Positions 25,801-40,500 of a stretch of 64,000 nt of DNA are shown piece after piece. Source of the stretch: Antedon mediterranea (lineage: Eukaryota > Animalia > Echinodermata); NCBI RefSeq assembly GCF_964355755.1, contig NC_092673.1:24921648-24985647 (forward strand). The letters run 5' to 3'. Every line of letters starts with the position of its first letter. Within the stretch, counting starts at the first letter, position 1. A model generated the notes under the pieces. It searched no databases, was not told the origin of the DNA, and worked only from the letters and a program-made list of their open reading frames with translations. Both the position numbers and the translations under genes were made by a program.

Positions 25801-28800
25801 TACCCACCTAGCAAAACCAGGTTTTTAAAATAAAATTGTAAATGTCGCCCTCTATTTTAAAGTATTTTGAAATAAACCTATAGCAATGATTGATCTTTGA
25901 GGATGACCTTTTGACCTAAAAACTGCAGAGTTTGATGATGTGGTATCTTTTACACTAAAACACTGGGCTATTGCATGTATGCACGGAGGGCCCTATTACA
26001 ATTTACATATGGATAGCCCAAATAACCTGTGCATTACTTACCCATTGAGTATAACTGATCAAATATTTGGTGCATCCTTATAATTTCGTAATACAAGTCA
26101 TCATAACTCGTTGGATTCGGTAAGAACGTGTCGCCATACGTGATAAACAAATTAAAGATGTTTACTACTTGGATAGCCACCTCAAACACATCAAACTGCG
26201 GCATTAACATCTGCTCACTTGAAAGTAGATATTTCAGGAGGCTAATCAGGGCTGAAAAAAAATTTGTTAAATAGGTAAATGGGGGAATAACCTGCGATTT
26301 GCAGCCTACTAGGCTGAATTGTGCACAGGTGTGGATGACACATACCATAACTTTCTACTCCCCTAAGGGTCCCTTCGTAATATCTAATCTCTTAATTTTA
26401 AAGACAGCAAATGGGCCTAAAAAGGAGAGAAGTTTTTTTTATCAGCATGATAAAGAAATCATGCATATGGAATTTCTGGACCCTGGTCTATTTGACTATA
26501 CTTTGAATAAAATAAGATTCCATATTTAATATATTTAAATAATACATTGCAGAGATGAAGGGCCGTATACACAATTGAATACAACATGTGGAGTGTGCCA
26601 TCTGTAATAACGACGAATTGATTAAACAATTATTTTATAATGATGAATGTTTTGTATTGAATGGGGAGAATATATATCTACAGCTCTGTCTAGCGCCCTA
26701 TAAAACTTTATGTGACAAAATGTGATGTGCATAATATATATGGACAATATGATGATTATGACGATATTCGGGTATATCACTACCATATTCGGGTATATCA
26801 CTACCATATTCGGGTATATCACTACCATATTTAGGCATTTTTTGTCAAACTAGTTAGTATAGACAGAGCTTTACATTATTTATATACTATTTCACACTGA
26901 GGCACACATACCTGTCCATAAATCTTTCCAGCAATAATGTAAACGTACTCTACATTTCTTTTGATAACACATGATTCGATGAATGATACTTAGACATTTT
27001 CTAGAAATAACAAACAAATATGTAATATTACAGAAATGTAGTATATAAAAGATGAAGAGATGTTTAATTGTTTTTTAGCAAGTGGTTTGTCTGTGTTTTT
27101 ATCAATTTATCAAATTGTTTTTGTAGTACAATCTTTGGCAGTTACATGACAAATGAAAAACCTGGCACTACACAGGATTGTACAAATAAAATGCATAGTG
27201 TCACGCACGCAGTATATAATTGTTCTACTCCACATCCAAATTGGATTGCTGCCCTGTCAAATGATTGAGGCCTCAGCCTAGCCTCTTGGTAAAAGGTTTG
27301 TTATAAAACAAATAATGAATGTTTTATATTCGCGCAATGGTACAAATAATTTCATTCGGTGAAAGATGAAATGTTGCATTTCACTAAATAAAATTATTCG
27401 TCCCATTGCACTAATAAACATTCATTATTGTTATACTATATCACAGTAAATAACCACTTACAAGTACAATTGTTCTGGAAAGTTCTTCATCATGTGACTC
27501 ATCACAAACTCTACCATCAAATCTGAAAAAATTTATTTACAAAACAAAATTTTAATTGATTGGCATGATTTTTTTTATTACACCATACCATTTTTTATCT
27601 CAAACAATCCGTTTTTTATAATTCAACTGAAAACCCTATAATATATGATATAATATAGACTAAAATTTACCAAGAAGAGCACAGGCTAGCGGTCTTGATG
27701 GCATATCTCTCTCTGCTAAGGGTTTCCGATGTCTCATACGTACTTTGTGCAGGTGGACTTTGAATGTTAAATTGGCATCGTGTAAAAAGGAATTTGCATA
27801 CTGATCCTAATAGGAGAAAATATTGTCAATCAATATATTTATTCATTACCAAGTCCTGCATCAGTAAAGTCGCTTTCTCACACTGTGTGCCAGAATATAA
27901 TATGTAAGAATACAGTATGACAGTATGATTGATTGTCAAAATGAGCGGTGCTGGCATCCTGCCAGCATCGGCTAGACCTGCAAATTTACCACTTGAAGTT
28001 GTCCGAGAAGACAAGGCCCAAGAAGTATAATTAATAATATTTGACTAAATTCAGAAAATATATAAATTAATTAACTAGAAATTAGAGGATGATCTAGTGG
28101 TCGATAATATAGTTAAATAAAGAAAGGATTGTTATAATAAATGCTTATATCAATAAATGCAATGATTAGATTTGTACTGTACAGTATTTATGTGTAGCCT
28201 TTAAACATAAGACACATTCTTACCTCAGCAATACAATTTAAGATGATGAGACATAGCCTAGCATGGTTTAACCTTTCATTGTCTGTAAGTAAAGAAAGTA
28301 ATAAAATGATTATTGTTGTTACAAATTTAGTTACTTTCACACCTGCTCTGGTTTCAACATGGCAAATAAAATCATGTCCCAGTGTATTTCACGACGCATC
28401 ACACACAGCTACATACCATTACTCATTGTAAAGATGAAAAGTACAATGTATTTATGCAAAACCTGACAGGAATCTAAACTGGAGCCAGATCAGAGTAAAT
28501 CAGTGTATTCTGTATTCTGTTGATAATATTATTAATTGACATTTAAAATTTACTATTGTAGGTAAAATAAACAATACCTTTTGTATCCTGCATGATAATA
28601 GAACAGTAACTAAAAAATGTAGCAAGGATATTAGTAGGTGTTTCATTAACCAGCAACGTGTCGACTGGATGAAGCCCAGGCACAGCTGGAGAGGAGGCGG
28701 ATGTTGGCATCTCTAGCCTGGAATCAGATTCTGCATGGTTCTAATAAAAACAATAGATATTAGTAGGTGTTTTATGAAGATCATATACTGCAGTGAAAAA

Positions 28801-31800
28801 GGTCTGTGTCAGCTTGGCAAAATATGTTATACTTGTTGGTCCCTCAATGAATACAAAACATTCATTATGAGTTAGGCATGCAATAGTCCCCTAAATCATT
28901 CAAATATTACACATGGTACTTGATACAAAACCAACCAATCTGAGAACCATTAAATATACAATCTGTTGCAGGTGTTAAATTAAAACAGAAATATTCTTAC
29001 ATGTGAAAGGACTGTGATAAAATTCCTATTAAGGTGTACAGCTTCATACAAAGTTAACAGTATAGAGAGGTTGGTGTCCTTCCTGTAAAATTAAATAAGA
29101 TTTAATTATGAGAAATTAGGGTAGCAGTAGTAGTATTTAATTAAAAAAAATCATATCTCTAAATTGCATACAATTTACAAAGCAGCCGAAGATAAAAAAT
29201 ATCCAGAAAAAACAGGTAAAGATGGGTTGGCACTGTCAAATCAATCTCTTTATTCATCAATACAATACACGTAATAAAAAGAAAGATTAGTAAATTTAAT
29301 GAAGGAAAATTAAGAGTTGAGGAGCTTAATATAAAAGGCATGGGACTACTAGCTAGGGTAGATTAAAACATCAGGGATGGGGTTTAACATCAATATGTTT
29401 AAGCTCTGCAAAAAAAGTGTGCCCAAATATGTAGTGATGTGCCCAAATATGGTAGTGATATGACATCATCATGTCCACATTTGGGCACATCACATTTTTT
29501 TGTCACATAAAGTTTGATAGTGTAGACAAGGCTTAACATTGTTCCCAGTTTATTATCATAAATCACTACGAGTTGGAGTATATTATTTTCAATAAGATAT
29601 AACAACTGTACCCAATTGCTTGAATTCCATCTGTATCAGCAACAAAAATACTTCCAACCTAAAAATTATAGTAAGAATATCATTATATCATCAGAAATGA
29701 ATGAAATTGAATGAATCAGAAATTGTAAAAAAGTTTGAGAACAAATAAAAATAGAGGGCGCTGTTTCATATAGCTATAAATATTCATGACCAAAGCATAA
29801 AGGTACAATTTTATACCTGTAAGTGAATTTACAATATGTTGGGTAGTATTATAAAATTAAACTAAACATATTAACAATATCAATATACCTTCATTATTTA
29901 TCACTTTTCCTTTGCAACATACATCTTTATATCATAATTTAATATTAAATTATCAATTTAAAATGACACCCATTTCAAATTATATTATTTCATTCTATAA
30001 ATACATAAATTTGCTGTAAAAACTTTGATCCTTCCATTTCATGGAATAATGATGAAAGGTGTGTCATGCATAATGCATGAAAGGGGCCGGCCATTTACTT
30101 GTTACGAAAGGCACCTCACCTATCTGAACCTGGAAGGACCCTTTTTTTTTTAAATTTACATAAAAACCAAATATGTATTTCTCCATAAAGCAGGGTATTT
30201 TAAAACAAAAATAATTTTACCATATTTGTAATCGCAGAGAACCATCCACCACCAGAAACTGCATCTTCTCCTTTTGCCCCAAATTGCCTGTTAAAATAAA
30301 GTTTTTATATTGAAATTCAGACATGTGGCATTACTGTTAATTAATAAGGTGTACAGTAATCCATGCCATTTGAATTAAAGAATGCATTCAAACAATAATC
30401 AAATTTCTTCCGGTCTATGTTACCTACCATACTTTACCATCCTGAATGTTAATATCAGAAAGGAGTAAGGGGTATATATAATGTCTTCTGATATGTTGAT
30501 AACAATTAGGCTTAGTAATTACTTTAGCATGTACGTACCTATTGAAATCTGCTAATGCTGATGAAACTACACACCCAAGACCCTATTAATATATAATCAT
30601 AGAAACAGGTATTCATTTCAAAGAAAATAACTATTTTTTTTTATCAATGCATAACCTCTCATTGTAATGTTTTTTTAAATTTTGTTAATGGTGGTCTCTG
30701 CTGACCACCATCCACGTTTATATATGTTTAATGATTTATAAAGAGATATATTTATAATTTGTGAAAATCAAAATAAACAACTACTGTACAGTAGTAACAA
30801 GCTATTCTCCTACATCTATGTGGCAAGTCCTTTCTGAGTTGAGCATAATAATCGCATGCTTTAGAGTATAATTCCACCCACTAAAACTTTGACAGACAGA
30901 AACCATCGCTTGTGATTGGTCAAACACTTGTGTTATGGCTAAATTCAGAAACAGGACTTGTTAATAAAAGTAACATAAAATAAATACTCAGTAGATAGTA
31001 CTTACTGTTAATGCCAGTTCATTATCCAAGATAGATAATTTCAAAATATACGGATTGGCAGACTGAAAAAAAATAAATGACTTTATAAAACAGGTTTTTT
31101 GAACGAATGACAAATATTTCTGGATGTGGTACTACTAATCTTTCCCAATACACTAATTCTAATCAACATTTCTTGTATTTATCACTTGCCATTTTGTTTT
31201 TGTTACTTTTGTCTTCTGGACGTGAATAAATGTTCTTTGGATGAATGATGCACATAAATACAGTAGAACCACTATCAAAGAGACACCTGCAGGACCCAAC
31301 AAAGTGTCTCCTTAATAGGGGTTGACAATAGTGTAAAAAAGTGTATTTCCACTCATTCATGGGACCGGGAAAGTATCCTGTGTTGTTCATCTGTATTTCA
31401 ATATTGATACTGAATAAAGATTTATTAAACTGATGCATAATATACAGTCACCTCATGTTTTCTATAATTCACTAAAATTGTAAGCAAGAGCACTGCATCA
31501 AACCCATGATGTTGTCTACTTGTAGGATCTGCAAGTATCTGTAATAAGACATTAGTAATATCAATACTACAGTCGATTGAAAGGATTCTATCGTCAATGG
31601 GCATGTCTCTACAACAAATTGAAAGGATTATTACTCTCTTACCACTCCCCCCTCCCTGAACCTGCTAAGTGAGTAATTGTAGTAAGTGGCTAGTTGTCCC
31701 AAGGGGTAGAGTTGTCCAAAGGGCTTAGTTGCACAAAGTGGCTATAGATGTCTGATGCATAGGATAGTAAAGGATCATAGTACATTGAATTGGCTACTGA

Positions 31801-34321
31801 TTTTGTTTACTATGGATTTGAAAATGTTATTATGTTTACACTTACTTTTAAAATTGCTTCAAAGACACTATTAATCATAAGATATTCCAGAATTGTATTT
31901 TGACTAACATTGTCTGTGACCTGAAAGTTAATGAAACATAGAATAAAAGTTGGGCTTTCCTGCTTTTAATGAGACTTATAGAGGCTAGAAGTAAGCAACC
32001 AAAAAGCACAATAGTAAATGAAGTTTCAACAATGTTTGAAATGTATATTATATATTCAGGTATAATTTTCTTTAAATTACTTACTGTGACCAAAACTAGT
32101 AAAAGTCGAAGAGTGAGGTTCTTTAGGCTTACAGAATATTCACCAGTTAAAAAGCCATTCAAATGCATTATGAGAGTCTATGAAAAAATAGAGTAACCAA
32201 GTCAAAACAAATAGACATACATTAGTCTATGATATAATTGAAAACTAGGAAATGATCCTATACTTATTTTTAAATACTATACAGTATTGTGTACTATATT
32301 GTGCACATGTGCATATCATGTACACTGGACAAATAGTATAATTGTTTCACATGACCTATAACATTACAGCACAAGGTAAGACAAATTAGGCTTAGATGAC
32401 CTGGCAAGTCTAATTGCTACATAGGAATATAGCTTTAGATAGCCTATTTGTATAATTAGATCATAGACAGAAGAGGAATCATCTTTTTGGGTTCATGCAC
32501 CGGAAAATCCTCGGGTATAGTCCAACCTCCCAAGTCGGGCAAATTTCATGTACAAGGGGGTGGGATTATACTTGAGGGAACTACGGTATTAGTCCATTGT
32601 CATACTTCATACATACCTGCATCTGTGCTTCTGCTGAATCAAACCCTATTAAAATGTTGATGATATCAAAGCTGTGATCTCCTAAACGTTTCTTGTGTAC
32701 TCCTCTTACAAGTGCACAGAGTGTCTGTATATAAATAAAAAATGATCTTTATACTCCCACATTATATAATAGAACACCTATTTGTGTCCTTTTAATATGG
32801 TTGTCCCCTGAATATGGGCTTCACCATGTTCGTTTCAGCGGGAAAGATGTTCCCTGTTACGATGTGTCGCACAGAGGGTGTATTAACTAATATAGCACAC
32901 CAAAGTGTAGCCTTGCTATTTGTTATTGCATGGTAAAAGATCTATTCAATGTTCAATTACAAGGCAGCTTTTTTGTAAACATTTCTAGAATAGCAAGGCT
33001 GATGAATCATAACTTGTACATTTATTGAATATCATGAATAAATACAGACCTGTAATGCATTTACTATTCGTAGAAGGTAATCTTCTTTCAACGTCTCAAC
33101 ACAGTGGTAGAAAATAGTATTGATATTTTCCTAAACAGCAATAAACAAGTAAACAAAACAGTGTTCAATTTGAACCTGATAAGGATAATCGTACGAGTGT
33201 ACGTTTACAGGGGGATTATTGGGTCACATAGCCACGATATTTGCAGAGATTTGTTATTTCAGACAGACATTCCTTCATACAACAAGCTGCATCACAAGAG
33301 TGGGAAAGTCAAGAAGCACGATAGAGTGTACTGATTGATCAGGACGTGAAAGAGAAATGTATACACTACAGTGAGTGGTTTATAAATAACGGACCATCTT
33401 CGTATATTGATAAAATCTAGTGTTAAGCTTCGTTCTACACTATCAAACTTTATGTGACAAAAAATGTGATGTGACCATATATGGACATGATGATGTCATA
33501 TCACTACCATATTTGGGCATATCACTACCATACTTGGGCACATCACACATTTTTTGTCACACTAGTTTGATAGTGTGGACAGAACTTTAAAAATCAGTGT
33601 GAACTTGCTAGTACCTTGAGTGCAACCACTTGTTCAGGGCTCATCTTTCCAAACTCAGATTCTATATATTGTACATTTGCCTGAAATAAAATATATAATA
33701 GCTCATTCAAAAAATACAACATCCATCTTTATAAAAATACGATACAAGGGTTCTGAATGATAAGCTCCACAAAACTGAATAGGGTAACCTAAATACATAC
33801 AGTATGGTAATAAATAAACAATATCACTTACTGCATTGTTTATCTTACCTTAGTGTGTAAAGTGAAATAAGGAGGCAAAGAGTATTAATTACTCCTCCTC
33901 TCATAGTATTTATGTGCGAGTGATAAGTTTGTTTAAAAGTGTTGGGCTTGAAACAATGCGATAAGGTTATACTGTACCTTTAAAAGGAACATCTCATCCC
34001 AAAAATTTGGCACACCTTTAGATGGATCTTTTCCCTGAAATATAAACAAAATAAATATGAAAGGTGTTTTTTAAAAGCAGTTATTGTATGACTTTAACAA
34101 CGTAAAAATTACTATTGATTTATTTAATAACCTTAGTACTAATAAAACCTTTTATTGTGTAAATATTCTTGTCAAAATACTAAAAAAATTAATTCAGTTG
34201 TTTTACTTTTTCATTTTTTTACCTGAAAAAATGCATCATATATTTGAACAATCTTTTCCTTGAGTGCTCCCTTAGAACCAGTACTGGTCCGTAGTAGCCC
34301 ATCTTTGGTATCTGGCATCAT
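22863..34321 (-). CDS. ARMH3: Armadillo-like helical domain-containing protein 3 (C10orf76, DUF1741), ~23 short exons
   Basis: Spliced translation starts [33 protein letters not shown] / [19 protein letters not shown]. It includes [53 protein letters not shown] and [23 protein letters not shown], and ends EFSTIT* (TAA at 22863-22865). Confidence 0.94.
23101..23280 (+). mobile_element. 5'-truncated copy of the tRNA/CORE-type SINE at 50996
   Basis: TTTGCCTCTCTCCATCCAGGTGTATAAAA..GGTACC.GTTAGATCAAGA...GCAGAGCATTGAGAG...ATTACATAAGAATGAACTA(TTA)n matches 51088-51288. Confidence 0.75.
27312..27430. mobile_element. Small palindromic MITE (related copies ~39627-39716 and ~4230-4270)
   Basis: ATAATGAATGTTT...GCAATGG / CCATTGCAC..ATAAACATTCATTAT inverted ends shared between copies. 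Confidence 0.6.
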
Positions 34322-35029
34322 GCAGTGTTTAGAATGTAATTTTGGTTAAAATATTGATTTTAAATTTGCATCTACTGTAGTGCAAGTGTGCACCTGTAAG
34401 TATAATAATAAATCATATACAAAGATACAGAGATGTCAGGTGCATGTTTTGTTAAAATTAAACCAGGTGTAAGGCCTTAAAATGAGCATTAGAAGACCTT
34501 AAAATGAGCTGTAAGTCAGGTGGAACTTGAAGATGGGTTTTAATGGAGTGAGTGCAGAATCTGTTTGGGCTTTAGCCTATTCTCATTCCTGGTTATTTTT
34601 ACATTGATGACTGAATAAATATTATTATTATTTATTATGAAGAGGAGGTTCTTGCAAAGTTTGTTATTTTATTAATATTATCAAAAAGCAATAACAAAAA
34701 GCCTCTCCTACTCTACTTATGCCTATACTAAACATCTGCTAGTTCTATACAGCACTTTCTAGCTAGGCCTAGGTACTGGCTAAAACCTAGGCTAGCTGAG
34801 GTCAAGCCAGTGGGAGGAGACCTCTACAGCTAGCGGCTTAGACTTTCCACTCAAATTGAGGCTCAAGTCAGGCCTAGATTTAGGTTGGCCTATATTTTCT
34901 AAACTACACTAAACAGTTTATTAAAACCATCAATATTGGCTCATTATATTTATAATATCAACTCTAACTATTTTTTTAAAGATATAAGATGAGAAAACTA
35001 TTAAAATATCAATATTTTATCGGCATACA

Positions 35030-35447
35030 TTTCTCTTCCACAAAACTCCGTCATCGGGCTTCATGCGTTGTGTGACCACCCAGTCAGGGGTTTTTTTCAG
35101 GAGCGTTAATAAAGACAAAAACGCGTTTCACATGTTTTACAATTCATTGAGATTTTTAGATGTTTTAGATTGATCATGGAGTAAATTCTTTACTCCATGG
35201 ATTGACACATGCCATAAAGAAAAATTGATAAATTCATACTACAGAAAACAAATAAATTTATCAGAAACTCATAAATACAAGAGTAGCTTTCCCACGTGCA
35301 TGTCACAAATTGTGAAACGCTTGTGTTTTTCTGAAACCAGTTAGTTAGTTTTGTTGACGCATTTGTTAAACCCATCATACAGTAACAGAGATTGTACTTT
35401 AAAGATTAAAAGGATTCAGATTCCTTTTCCGCCCCCTCGACATCGAC
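35030..35447. promoter_or_regulatory. Probable bidirectional promoter between ARMH3 and the dehalogenase/luciferase-like gene
   Basis: The start codons are divergent and ~1.1 kb apart. ARMH3 has an acceptor at ~34394 upstream of its ATG, implying a non-coding first exon near ~35030-35150. The region is locally CpG-richer, with a CACGTG at ~35293. Confidence 0.5.
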
Positions 35448-36443
35448 ATGGCAGCCTTGTCTTTTGCAAGAATCAAAACAAGATCCATTATTAACTCATT
35501 TCGACTTCTTAAAAAATGTGGTTTGAGTTCAAGTACACCAGCTAACTGGTTTGATAAATGTACTAAAATCAATGTTTTGGATGCTGAAATGAATTATTAT
35601 GATTCGAGTAACTTCAGCAAGCCTGAAATTGGTTCTGATAAGGCTGCAGTTATATTCTTGCACGGGAACCCAACGTCTTCATTCCTTTGGAGAAATATTA
35701 TACCGCATGTCGAAGGTTCCGCACGATGCTTAGCACCTGACTTAATTGGAATGGGCCGCTCGAGCAAACTGAAGGATACAAAATCATATCGTTTTCAGGA
35801 CCACTACCGATATCTTTCTTCCTGGTTTAAAAGTGTAGATCTACCAGAGAAAGTGATCATAGTATGTCATGACTGGGGTTCTGGACTTGGATTTCATTGG
35901 TCTCACCAAAATCAAGCAAGAGTAAAAGGAATTGTTCACATGGAAAGCATTGTTGCTGTGGTGCCTTCGTGGGAAGCCTTTCCTGAGATAGCACGAGACA
36001 TTTTCCAGGCCCTGCGATCCGACAATGGTGAAGAGATGGTACTTCAGAATAATTTTTTTGTAGAAAAACTTCTTCCACTATCAGTAATGCGTGAGCTTTC
36101 TACAGAGGAAATGGCCGTTTATAGGGAACCTTTTTTACAAAAAGGTGAAGACCGACGTCCTACTCTGACATGGCCAAGAGAAATACCAGTTGCCACAGAT
36201 GGTCCTCAAGATGTGGTTGATATCGTCAATGCTTATCGTACATGGCTATCGAAGTCTGCCGATATTCCAAAGTTGTACATCAATGGCAAGCCAGGATTCT
36301 TTAGTAGTGGAATTACCAAAGTGACGGAGAACTGGCCGAATCAGGAGACAGTTTCGGTCCCTGGATTGCATTTCCTTCAAGAAGATTCACCAGATGATAT
36401 TGGAAAAGCAATCTATCATTTTCTGAAAAAACTTTATTCTTAG
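35448..36443 (+). CDS. Haloalkane dehalogenase / Renilla-luciferase-like alpha/beta hydrolase, intronless ORF of 331 aa
   Basis: FLHGNPTSSFLWR, APDLIGMGRS, nucleophile motif HDWG, acid HMES, RRPTLTWPREIP and base GLHFLQEDSPD. Collinear with HLD-II/RLuc. Confidence 0.95.
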   Translation: MAALSFARIKTRSIINSFRLLKKCGLSSSTPANWFDKCTKINVLDAEMNYYDSSNFSKPEIGSDKAAVIFLHGNPTSSFLWRNIIPHVEGSARCLAPDLIGMGRSSKLKDTKSYRFQDHYRYLSSWFKSVDLPEKVIIVCHDWGSGLGFHWSHQNQARVKGIVHMESIVAVVPSWEAFPEIARDIFQALRSDNGEEMVLQNNFFVEKLLPLSVMRELSTEEMAVYREPFLQKGEDRRPTLTWPREIPVATDGPQDVVDIVNAYRTWLSKSADIPKLYINGKPGFFSSGITKVTENWPNQETVSVPGLHFLQEDSPDDIGKAIYHFLKKLYS

Positions 36444-37500
36444 ACAAAAATTACTGATACTGACTATTGAAAAAAAATTACTGAAAACAAGTTACTGTAA
36501 AACATGGTGGTAGTACTGTACTTTTATTCAATAAACTAAAAAATATATTTCTACAGTACCAACATAATAACAATTAAATTAGGCAAGTGTGGTTTAAAGG
36601 AAAAAGTACAAGTACCTGAATGTTAATAAAACTACAAAATATAATTGCACTAATTTGATTTTACAGTACAAAATTTAAAATGTGAGTTGTTGCCTTTATC
36701 AACATTGCTAAAATGCTGTACCATCAGAAACTTACGAGGAAAGAAGATGGAAGGCTTTAAAATATTAGCATGATGATGACCCCCAACCAATCTAGAATAA
36801 AGAATATCGTGTTTACAGAAAATCATGCATGTACAGTAATGTTCCTTTTGAGTGTGTCTGAACCTTAAGAAAACAGTTTTATTATTAATACCCTGAGTGT
36901 CAAAAGTATCAACTTATGTGACTTAAAGCTTGTTTCCCACTTGAACACAGGGCAACAATGTTGTTCAACCCAAGTGAGTTGGCCAATCACATTCAACAGT
37001 TTGGATGATCCAATGGGTCAAGATTGGTCAAATCGTTTGCAGTTTGTCAAAGTTGGAACCAATCTTAATGTGGAGTTAGGTCAATATGGAACTCAACTGG
37101 TAACACACATAGTTGTATAAAATATGTTGACATGAGTGCATTTGAGTTGCATTCAGTTGAACATAACTTTGAATTGCTTTGCGCATTGTTGTTGTGGATA
37201 ACCACAACCAATCCATTTCATATATTCTTATCTTATACTATAAATTCTTTTCACGTATTCGAAAGTGAAAGAAAGTTTTCTTGTGCAACTAGTTCCTTTC
37301 AGTTGAGTCAACAAATTAAACTTGTAGTCATGTTTTAAATCTACAGTAGCACCAACGTGATAGAAAGAGCAAAAAAATAAAATGGGCTGCTGGGTAATGT
37401 CACCATCCAGCATTACACAAAAATATTTTCCTTTTCAAGAAGTTTTTGAATTACAAGAGAATGGAACTTCTTCTCTATACAATTCCACAGTGGTCACATT

Positions 37501-40500
37501 TCAGTTCAATAGTTCACTATGTTCTTCAACCAACCTCCGTAACATATCTAGATCAGCAACCTTCTGTACAAACTCTGGTGGTCTTAGTACACCTCCCATG
37601 AAAGCCTTTTTATTTCTGTATAACATATTAGAATCTTGAGTAGTCCTAGCAGAGCAATGGTATTCATTAGCGCAGGATCCTACTAGGATTCTTCTTAAGT
37701 TTCGGTCATTGATGCCACCCCCTGATAAGAAAATATTTTTTATATTATTGGTTAATTGTTACTGTATTGTATAAATAATTCATGAATAAATCACCATCAT
37801 CTAAACAGGTTGTGAAACACACTGCTAGTCTGTGGTTCTTTTGGGCCAGCCTGTGTTCCGAGGGTGCTAGAAATTTCTGCCAGCCCATGGTCCCAAAGGC
37901 GCTAGCAAGAAGAACCACAGACTGACCCTGTGTTTTACGACCCCTGCTACCATCATTGAACTGCAAGCCAATACAGCTTCAACGGTTCGTATTACACAGA
38001 GTTGACTCTTTAGCCCGATGTCTACATCTGAAATACAATACTTGTTTTTTTCTTTCCATTTCAACAAATAATATTCAACTGGTCATTATTTTTTTACTTT
38101 TATTTTGGCTGAGAGAGAGAGAGGAGAGTGCACGCTCGCTTAAAAATAATGAAGGCAAATTCTCTAAAGCACAGGCTTTAATTTAGCACCAAAATGCCTC
38201 AGTTGCAACTTACCTGGCATAACAATTATTCTTCCTCTAGCTTGTTCAATTAATTTTCTAATAATAGGTAAACCTTCTAATGCTGATGCGTCTAAACCAC
38301 TGGTGAGGACTCGTTCAAAGCCAAGATCTATCAGGACATCTAGTGACCTGTATGGATCAGCAACCATATCAAAAGCTAAATTATGAAGAAATATAATGAC
38401 CACTTTATACAAACGTTCCAAGACTAAATGATATTAGAGCAGAATCTACAATATGTAAATAAATGCTTTTCGAGATAGCCATTTTTGGTTTGGAAGTATG
38501 GGTAAACTAGAACATTTGAACCTTGAACTATAAAAGAAAAGTACTTACCTCTACTAAAGGTTACTTCCAATGGCCGACTTAAGGCTATAAGTAAATAGTA
38601 AGTATGAATGAAGGTATAATAACTTTAAAGATATTTTTAGTAAGGTAAAGTATGATCGTAATCCATGACTACAGAGTGACTAAAGGAGAGGATCATTTTA
38701 GAAAAATAATTTAAAATGGCAATCAACAAGGTAAAACTTCAAGACATTATATTAGGGTATAAAATGTTCTACAGACAGTGACGTGACGCAGAAAACTGAG
38801 GCCCCTGATTTAGTAACACTCATAGCCGATACACCACTGTTTACAGAGCAAGAGTATATGTCTGGATGGATCACTGTGTTTGTTATGTTGAGTAGGGAAC
38901 AAGAAGATCTCATTCTACTAGTCTAAGCCTAAGTCTAACATGTCTGGTTGTTATTAATGTGGTGTTGTTTCTCTACTGGTGCTAAAGTTATAAACATAAA
39001 TTCTGTAAAAATATTTTGTGTACTTACAAATAAATTCTTTACATCTTTCAATATCAATCTCCCCATTCCTGTAATCAAATTAAAAACAACTATTTAAAGT
39101 CTGGAGGAGAATGCAGACTTGTTGTTTTAAGGCGAGTTGTAGCTGAGGTATTCAAGATTCAAGACATATGATTGGTCCACTTTAATATGGAAATTATATT
39201 GCTTGGCATAATTAGGACAATAAAACAACAAAAGAAAAATACCTTTTCAAAAGGTAATATTAAAATACAATTTATCGGTATGATATAAAGGTAAGACACA
39301 GCAAGTAGGCTGGACTTTGCATTCATTTAGCAATAACTTTAAAAGCTACAATGTTGTTTTGCACAGCCTTGTTCCCGTTACCTAGTTAGAAAGCCAATCA
39401 CAATTCCATTTGCTCCGCAGTCTTTTGTAACTAACAAGTCTTGCCTCATTACCTCAAGCTCAGAGTTAGAATAACAGAAATCACCACCTCTAGGTCTAAT
39501 CAACACAAAGATAGGTAGTCTACATTCTGATCGAACTATTTTAAGTAAACCTGGAGTGGAGAAAAAAATGTTAACGATTCAAGTTGTTCTGATTGTAATG
39601 TTCAAATGTCAATTAACTAATTAAAAGTGTTTGAGTGCAATGGTACAAATAATTTCATTTCATCTTTCATAGAATGCAATTATTTGCTCCATTGCACTTA
39701 TAAACATTCATTATTTTTATAATACGCCTTTTTCACGAAACGGAAGACATCTTCAATGGATGACAAACAATTCTGTGCTGGGAAGCGTAACCAACAGAAA
39801 TAACATAGCTCGGCGAGCATATTTTCAGAGGTCAAGTTACCGAAAAATTCTTCCTTAATGGACAGTCATATGCCATGGACAAAACTTTTACTGTAAAATT
39901 TTCTTTTTTTTATCATACGATCCTCATTTCAAATTTTTTACTTAACATGGTGTACCGAAATCTCCTGAAAACGATATGTTAATTCTGTTGGTTACGCTTC
40001 CCTACACACCATTGATGTCTTCCATTTCGTGATAAAAGTGTATAGTACCTTGACTTGGTGTAATGCCTCCTTCTATCAAACTACTGCAGAGTTCTATGCG
40101 ATTTGCACCTGAATGATAAAAAAAAAATGACTGTGGTGTAGAAAGAACTAGGATGATGCATTATTATAACGTCTCAATGATTTGATTCGAGATGATTAAA
40201 TGAAATAATTATCATATTCCTTTCAACCAAATGACAAACAATCAGTGTCATCTCGAAAAATGTCGACACGGAATTTACACACATAACACATGGTTTGATG
40301 ACCTCATCCCTTATTTATACAGTAGTATAGTAGGCAGTAGTATAGTATAAGCTACCTAGCCTAGCCTAGATATGTCTTACTTAGTCTTTGCTTGGACCAA
40401 CCACCACATGATAGAACTGGTGGGGGAGACATGTTATGTTAGTTATACCTAGCACTGCTGCTGCAGGCTAACTAATTAGGCTAAGCCTAGATAGCACCAC

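Noticed and set aside
35448-36443. Bacterial contamination or very recent HGT
   Set aside because: It is continuous with host genes, has host-like composition, a downstream AATAAA (~36530) and a eukaryote-type N-terminal extension.
37806-37946. hAT-like MITE in the last CUTC intron
   Set aside because: The CAGG...CCTG ends are suggestive, but there is no TSD and no second copy.
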